Part shown: piece by piece, positions 57,946-64,000 of the stretch
Layout of the letters: each line of letters opens with the position of its first letter
How positions within the stretch are numbered: position 1 is the first letter of the stretch
Notes under the pieces: generated by a model
Databases searched by the model: none
Told to the model about the DNA's origin: nothing
What the model saw: only the letters and a program-made list of their open reading frames with translations
Translations under genes and position numbers: made by a program
Source of the DNA: Sodalis sp. (in: enterobacteria)
Lineage (GTDB): Bacteria; Pseudomonadota; Gammaproteobacteria; Enterobacterales; Enterobacteriaceae
NCBI RefSeq assembly: GCF_051710625.1
Contig: NZ_JBPESN010000001.1
Coordinates: forward strand, 2,946-66,945
Reading direction: 5' to 3'
DNA: 64,000 nucleotides

Positions 57946-59000
57946 TGTCCGCCGCCGCCGGATAGCGGCGGGCGCGAAAAGCGCTGCTTTGATAGCTGCT
58001 TATCACGCCTTTCACGCTGTCAGGGTACTCGGCAAAGAAGGGGATAACATATTTCCAAACCGTCTCTCCTGCAGGGGAGACTTCAAACAGCCGGCCGAAT
58101 GCCGATTCACAAATAAAGGTATTGCCGTTGGCCAGGCGTTGGGCGCTGCCCATATAGAGCGAGAAAAAGGCCGGCGGCAGCGGGTCGCTGTATTGCCAGG
58201 TAATGTTGCCGTTGCTCAGATCGAACTCCAACGCCTTAGAGTGCGGCGAGGTGGCACCGGCCGGCCCGCGCACAGGTTGCCGTATCAAAACCCAGTATCG
58301 TACCGCTCACGGTCTGCACTGGGGTATGCTGTTGCGCCAGGACATCATGGCCGACATGTCAGGCCACCTCGCCACTGGTGAGGCTGACCGCCGCCACGCC
58401 CGACGTGCCGCGCAAACTCATCAGCACCAATTCCTCCGGCGTCAGGGACAGACCATTGATCATGGGTTAATGGTGGCGATCAAAGATAGTGTGGACCGGA
58501 AAGTCCTTCAGTCGCAGGTGTTGCCAGGAGCGCCACTCCCAAACGATTTCCCCGGCGCGGTTAACTTCACGCACCACGTCTTCCTGAATAACGTCATCGG
58601 GTGCATCGCGGGGTTGGTCGCCACCGCAGATGCGCGCGGCAATCTCCGCCGGGATAGGTTCCGCGGCGGTGTAAAGTAAATTGCCATTGGCCAGCCATCG
58701 GGCATCGTGGTGGTGGTAGATATCCTCGTAATGCCAAACGATGTCGCCTGCGGGGGTGACTTCATAAAAATCGCCGCCGTGCCAGATATCCCAGGCCGGG
58801 TACAGCGTGGCAGAGGTAGCACAGCTACCGTTATAACTAAGATTGCCATTTGGCAGGATCACCGCATCGCGCCCCGGCCGCACCGGTAAGTGCCATTGAT
58901 GGGCTATTTCCCCCGCGCTGCGCTGCCGGTTGTTCAGAGTCAGGCCAGTGGCGCGCCGGCGAATGATTACCTGATCGCAGGCGGTTGCGGTTTGGGACAT
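57946..59000 (-). pseudogene. Arylsulfotransferase (ASST)-like beta-propeller protein, multiply frameshifted
   Basis: Repeated LPNGN/LANGN blades (ILPNGNLSYNG, HHHDARWLANGNLLY, QRLANGNTFI) are spread over at least 3 frames. The family call is from memory. Confidence 0.5.
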
Positions 59001-59030
59001 AGTGGCTCCGAATGAGGCCCGATTAGGGCG

Positions 59031-59046
59031 ATTAAAACGTTTTACT
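59031..59046. promoter_or_regulatory. LacI-type operator-like palindrome ATTAAAACGTTTTACT
   Basis: Central TAAAACGTTTTA is a perfect 12-bp palindrome with a CG centre. It lies 31 nt upstream of the ASST-like start. Confidence 0.35.
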
Positions 59047-59109
59047 ACGCAAGCGAAAAAAACGCGTTATGCCTGTTTTTAAGGCTAACAAGAGGCGCTA
59101 TATATTTTT

Positions 59110-59125
59110 AGTAAAACCTTTTACT
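59110..59125. promoter_or_regulatory. Second operator-like palindrome AGTAAAACCTTTTACT
   Basis: Perfect 7-2-7 inverted repeat with the same half-site as 59031-59046. It is in the same divergent intergenic region, 79 bp from the first site. Confidence 0.35.
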
Positions 59126-59198
59126 ATTGATCCTGTCAAGACGCGGTTAAGTGAAAATTTTGTATAATTAAATATTATTTAATGCATAAGTAAATTCG

Positions 59199-60091
59199 AT
59201 GACGCCAAGGAAAATGATCATGTCCGCGGCTAAGCCGTCCGGGGGTCTTACCCGTTGTGCCACGCTCATTGATGTCGCCCGCCGGGCCGACGTATCGCCC
59301 GCGACCGTCTCCAATGCTATCAACGGACGGCGATATGTGGAGGCAGGTAGGCGTCTGCGCATCGAAGCGGCGATTACCGAGCTGGGCTATATCCCCCCCA
59401 ATCTACGCGCCCGCGGTCTGCGCACCAGCAAAACTAATACGATTGCGCTTTTCTCGTCAATGCCTTCTGCCGTTTCTTCCGGGCCCGCCAAACTGGGTTT
59501 CATGATGGAAGTGGCGATGACTGTGGCCCTGGCGGCGTTATTATTAGACCATCTTACCGCCAGCGGCGCGCGCAATATCGTGCTTTTTATCGGCGATACC
59601 GGCCGCAGCGCTTATCAGGAGACCGAGCGGTGCTATCTGCGCTACGCCGCACAGCGGGGTATTGCGCCATGCCTCTACCGGTTGAACGAAGCCGATGGCG
59701 AACAGGCGGGATTTCAAGCGGCGATGGCGCGCTGCACCGAGAAGCGCCGCAGGTGGATGGCGTCCTGATTCTGGTCGACACGTTTGCCACCGGCGCGGTG
59801 CGCGCCTTTAACCAATTGGGGGTGTCAATTCCTGAACATATGCGAATCGCGACCCGCTATGACGGTATCCGCGCCCGGGAAACCTGGCCGGGGTTGACGG
59901 CGGTCAATTTGCATCTGGATGAGGTAGCGAGGTTGACCATCGAACAACTTTTCATGGCAATGTCCGGTCAGTCTCCTCAGCGGCCGTGCCAGAACCGGAG
60001 CGGAGAATTAGTCATCAGACGTTCCACCTGCATTGGCGCACGGATAACCCCGGCCGCGGACGAGGCGTCAGGTTTTGGGCGCCCATCCTGA
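59199..60091 (+). pseudogene. LacI-family transcriptional regulator, with an internal deletion and a frameshift
   Basis: HTH ATLIDVARRADVSPATVSNAINGRRYV. The sugar-binding core is shortened, and the frame changes near 59750. Confidence 0.7.
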
Positions 60092-60530
60092 GCACAGGGG
60101 GATGGGCCGGGAAATTGGCCTTTGCCACGTTGCATTTTCCCACATAATCCATGCCAGAAGCGGTGATATCAAAAAAGGCGCCCGTGATCCGTCTATCTTC
60201 CAGGGCGGCAATGGACGTATCTGTCAATGATGCGGCGATAACGCGCCGGTTTATCCTGCGACATAAAAGGCATTCCTGACCTTATTTTCTCTCTCGGGCG
60301 GGCGCTGTCAGGCGCGTTTATTCTGTTAAGGATATTTCCCTTCGCGCTGAAGAGTGTCATTTAACTTATTGTTTATGTTTAGTTTTATATTGATCCATTG
60401 CTAATGCCTTTCGCAGTGAAAGGGTTTTATTCAGCTATTGAGTTGATAGATGCAATGAATTAGCCGCTTTAGCCGCTGCGCCGTAAAGTGGGCTCAGAGT
60501 TCCCTTTCCTTTACCGTGAGCCTGAATAAT

Positions 60531-61993
60531 ATGAAAAATAAAACGCTGTTAACTACCGCCAGCGGTATCCCGGTGGCCGATAATCGGAACTCCCGATCCG
60601 CCGGAGCGCGGGGGCCATTGATGCTGGACGATTTTCATCTGGTGGGAAAACTGGCCCATTTTAACCGTGAAGTAATTCCCGAGTGGCGCGTGCATGCCAA
60701 AGGGTCCGGCGCCTATGGAACGTTTCGCGTGACGCAGGACATCCGCCGGCTGACCACCGCGTCGCCCTTTGAGCACATCGGCAAAGAGACGCCGGTATTA
60801 CTGCGTTTTTCAACCGTGGGCGGCGAGCGGGGCTCGGCGGATACCGAGCGGCATCCGCGCGGTTTTGCGCTGAAATTTTATACTGAACAGGGTAACTGGG
60901 ATGTGGTAGGTAATAATACATCGGTCTTTTTTATCCGCGATCCGCTGAAATTCCCTGATTTTATCCACACCCAAAAACGGGATCCGGCGACGAATCTGAA
61001 ATCCCCCCCCCCAGATGATGTGGGACTTCTGGTCTTTGTCGCCGAAGTCATTGCATCAGGTCACCATTTTGTTCTCCGATCGCAGTATTCCCGATGGTTA
61101 CCGTTTTATGCACGGTTTCGGCAGGCATACCTATAGCCTGATCAATGCTGATGGCGAGCGTGTGTTTATTAAATGGCATTTTAAAACGCTTCAGGGCATC
61201 AAAAACCTGACGGTGGAAGAGGCCTGCCGTCTGGCGGGCGGCGATCCGGATTGTGCACAGCGCGATCTGTTCAGCGCTATTGAGCGGGGCTGGCGGGTTC
61301 GCATCCAGCTCGTGACCGAGCAGGAAGCCGCACAGCGTCAGGAAAATCCGTTCGATGTCACCAAAGTTTGGTCGCAGAAAACTCATCCGTTGCAGGAGGT
61401 GGGTATCCTGGAACTTAATCGTAACCCGAACAACTATTTCGCGGAGGTCGAACAGGCGGCATTCGCGCCCAGCAATGTGGTACCCGGCATCGGGCCTGTC
61501 GCCGGATAAGATGCTGCAAAGGCGGGTGTTCGCCTATGGCGCCGCCCAACGTTACAGCATCGCCACCAATTACCAGCAGCTACCGGTAAACGCGCCGCGC
61601 TGCCCCTATCACAATTACCAGCGTGACGGCGCCATGCATTTTGACGCTAACGGCGGCGGAACGCCTAATTACGAGCCGAACAGCCATGCTACCGCGCCGC
61701 AGCAGGCACTCGGGTTCAGGGAGCCACCGCTGAATTTCAGCAGCGCGGCGGATCGTTATGACCATCGCGTGGATGAAGATTATTACAGCCAGGCGGGTGA
61801 CCTTTATCGATTGATAGACGCACAGCAGAAAACGCTGCTGACGGCCAATCTGGTCAGGGCCTTGGCGCCGGTAATCCGGGACGTCCAACTGCGACAAATT
61901 GCGCATTTCCTGCGGGCGGATGTTGATTACGGCCGCGCGGTGGCGCAAGGCCTGGGAATTGAAGACGAGATACTAACCTCGGCCGGCGTTTAA
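60531..61993 (+). pseudogene. Monofunctional haem catalase (small-subunit type), with at least 2 frameshifts and internal loss
   Basis: Shows [63 protein letters not shown] and [11 protein letters not shown]. The frame changes at the C10 run and again near 61495. Confidence 0.85.
61003..61012. repeat. Poly-C tract (10 C) at the first catalase frameshift
   Basis: Counted directly. With 9 C the reading would be [15 protein letters not shown], which is in frame. Confidence 0.95.
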
Positions 61994-62236
61994 AAGATCT
62001 CGGCGCCGGCGTCGAGTGGAGGTGAGTGAGCGAGCGCGACGTCATCGGTGAGACCGATAGTCGCCAGGGTGGCGCCGGGGGTGCTGATGTCTTACAGGGT
62101 AGGTGTTGGCGCCACGGGCGTCTCGCAGGCGAGCGCGCCAGCGCTCGCCAGGCTTAGGGCGATTGACTCGTGCACGCGCTTTCAGGACAGACAGGTTGCG
62201 TGGTCGTTAACCCCCGGAGCCGCTTTTCAGACTGTC

Positions 62237-62683
62237 CTAACTGTGGTCGAGGTAGCGGGTGCCGCGGCCATCCTCCGGCGGTAGAGTACCGGCAGGCAGC
62301 TTGTCGCGTCGCCCGCGCGGAAAAAGCTGCATAATGGCTAGCGCCCACCACGGCCAGCCCAACTGCGTTAGCGCCTGCAAAAATGCTGCCGAAGGCACTG
62401 ATACCTGTCCTTGGGAAATATAGGCGATGGTGTTGAAATCATCCGTCGGTAAACTGACCCAGCGCAGCAAATCCTGACCTGGCGGCGACTGGACGGTGGC
62501 GAGCCGAAGAGGTTGACGACGGTCAATACGCATCAAAAACCGTATCAATCGGCGGCGCAACACACACTCGCCGTCAAACAATATGACCCGGTCGCCGGCG
62601 GACAGATGGGGAGGCGGGAATCCGCGCTGATTTTTAATAAGATATAGCTTCGGTCGATTGGGACGGTGTGTGGCTTCCCTCAT
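62237..62683 (-). pseudogene. DCC-family thiol-disulfide oxidoreductase (DUF393)-like, probably defective
   Basis: ILFDGECVLRRR, where the family has a C-x-x-C, so the second Cys is lost. The C-terminal region diverges, consistent with a frameshift. Confidence 0.45.
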
Positions 62684-62742
62684 AAGCCCCCCCTGACTAC
62701 GATTGATGCGCCGCGGTAGAAAGCGCGGCGCAACCTCGGTCG

Positions 62743-64000
62743 TTAGCCCTGAAAATCCCGCATTACCGCCCGTTTAAAATCGCTCATCGGATAAAAACCG
62801 GCGACATCCAGGGGGCAACCCTCAATGACGAGCGTAACGCGCCGCGGCGGTGACGCCAGCGACAGCGCACGGTCATTACGGATTTCCCTGCTGGTGGGAT
62901 AGACGTATTCGATCTTCATCAAATCCCGGTTTTGTTTATCATCATCCCAGCGCTGAAACACAATTGCAGCACTGATTGGCGTGCGTTCAAACTGATCCGG
63001 TAGCTGATAATTGCGCACTTTCATCGCCGCCAGCAGCGAGGCGATGTTAGAGTCGTGGCCGGCCAGCAGCGTCAACACCGCGTGTTGGGCTGCATGCTGA
63101 CGTGCTCCTTGAGCGGGTTGCGCATTGAGCGCGCCGGCGATAAAGGTCAAGAGCGGTTTTGCCGCATTGGCGGCGATGGAGGGGGAGCCGAACAACGTTT
63201 CATGGTACAGGTTCTTTATCGCTTCCAACTGGCGCCATTGCGCCGCGGTGGTTATTTTACCCCAGCCGGCATCGCGTAGCGGAAAACCTTCGTAGTATTG
63301 CAGCATAAAAGCGTTAGAAGCGCCGATGCCGGTGCGCAAGGGACCGCTAATGGCCGGCTCTTTACCCTGTTCCAGCACCACCGAGGACGTCTGTGTCGCG
63401 AGGCTACACCGTTTGTCGCGCTGGCAGGCCTGACTTTGTGGGTAATCCAGCGCCTGTTCCAGTAATTGATAATTAGGTTTCAGCCGCGCATTCAGGCCAT
63501 CAACGCCGCCAGGTCCGGCATGCTCGGCAATAGAGTTCAGCGCCGCAGTTTTGAAGTCTTCGGTCACTGCGGCGGTGATAATGGGGTTGAAGGTGGGATC
63601 CATCGTGCCCACCGCCGCTTGATGGTTAACCGAAATACCGCAGCCAGGAAACGCGCCGTCGAGGAAGAATTTGGCGGTATCAATGGTGCGCGGCGGGCTG
63701 TTGGCGTAGGCGAATACCTCGCCCCCCTCAGGATAGCCGTGTTTGCCGAACAAATGATTTTGCGCCAGCCACCCATTCCTGGAAGTAGTGTCCGACATGA
63801 TTTTCCACCTTGCCGCCCTTGGGCGTAAGCAGTCCCCCTTGGGTTTGCCATGTTGGCCAGTGGTATGGCGTTGCTTCCGCCAGCGCGTCGCCATAATTAA
63901 CCAGCGGGGCGCGGATGCCGTGCCGGCTAAGCGCCAGAACCCGCACCAAATGGTAGCTTGCCGGTGTAGCAGCGGCAGGCTCTGCCGCCTGCGAAGGCGC
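62743..64000 (-). pseudogene. agp: Glucose-1-phosphatase (histidine acid phosphatase), frameshifted; 5' end beyond the window
   Basis: Shows SRHGIRAPL, AYANS..RT..TA.FF..GAFPGC, GHDSNIASLL and DLMKIEYVY, colinear with E. coli Agp. The frame changes near 63780. Confidence 0.8.

Noticed and set aside
60015-60227. A minus-strand 70-aa ORF with a faint pentapeptide-repeat periodicity (AALED RRITG AFFDI ...).
   Set aside because: It is too short and weak to call, it overlaps the 3' end of the LacI pseudogene, and its N-terminal region is frameshifted. At best it is another gene remnant.

Overview
This 64-kb window is chromosomal DNA of about 55% GC from an Enterobacterales-type gamma-proteobacterium. 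Its core genes are E. coli-like and partly syntenic with E. coli: thiM-thiD behind a TPP riboswitch; fhuC'-'fhuB-hemL-clcA'-erpA-yadS'-btuF'-mtnN'-dgt-degP'-cdaR'; tRNA-Ala-gltX-tRNA-Val; and clpB-yfiH'-rluD.

The region is heavily decayed. Well over half of the recognisable genes carry frameshifts, premature stops or internal deletions. Those that look intact are thiM, thiD, a TetR regulator, hemL, erpA, dgt, gltX, clpB, rluD, two tRNAs and a LuxR-family regulator.

Mobile DNA makes up more than a third of the window:
- Two degraded Mu-like prophages (3426-20368 and 35553-40732). Their left arms are near-identical and in direct orientation, and each has a different internal deletion.
- An orphan Mu-type right end (51083-51229).
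- Four same-orientation IS911-like (IS3 family) copies plus a nested 83-bp end fragment. Only the copy at 49834-51082 looks intact.

The IS copies separate blocks of core genes that are far apart in E. coli, and none has matching target-site duplications, so the region looks like a recombinational mosaic. The right-hand 11 kb is almost entirely pseudogenes: an MHS transporter, opgD, an arylsulfotransferase/ABC cluster, a LacI regulator, catalase, a DCC-family gene and agp.

The overall pattern fits a recently host-restricted Sodalis-type insect symbiont. That is inference only; no search was run.

I found no rRNA, no CRISPR array and no convincing complete novel defence or other multi-gene system. 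The items most worth a second look are:
- a roughly 17.5-unit in-frame hexanucleotide expansion inside a transporter gene;
- a conserved 15-nt motif ahead of three phage late-gene blocks;
- an AT-rich ORF of unknown function between the Mu left end and the repressor;
- a stand-alone Rpn-type C-terminal-domain ORF;
- homopolymer runs at frameshift sites, including a C10 run in catalase;
- the prophage and IS architecture.
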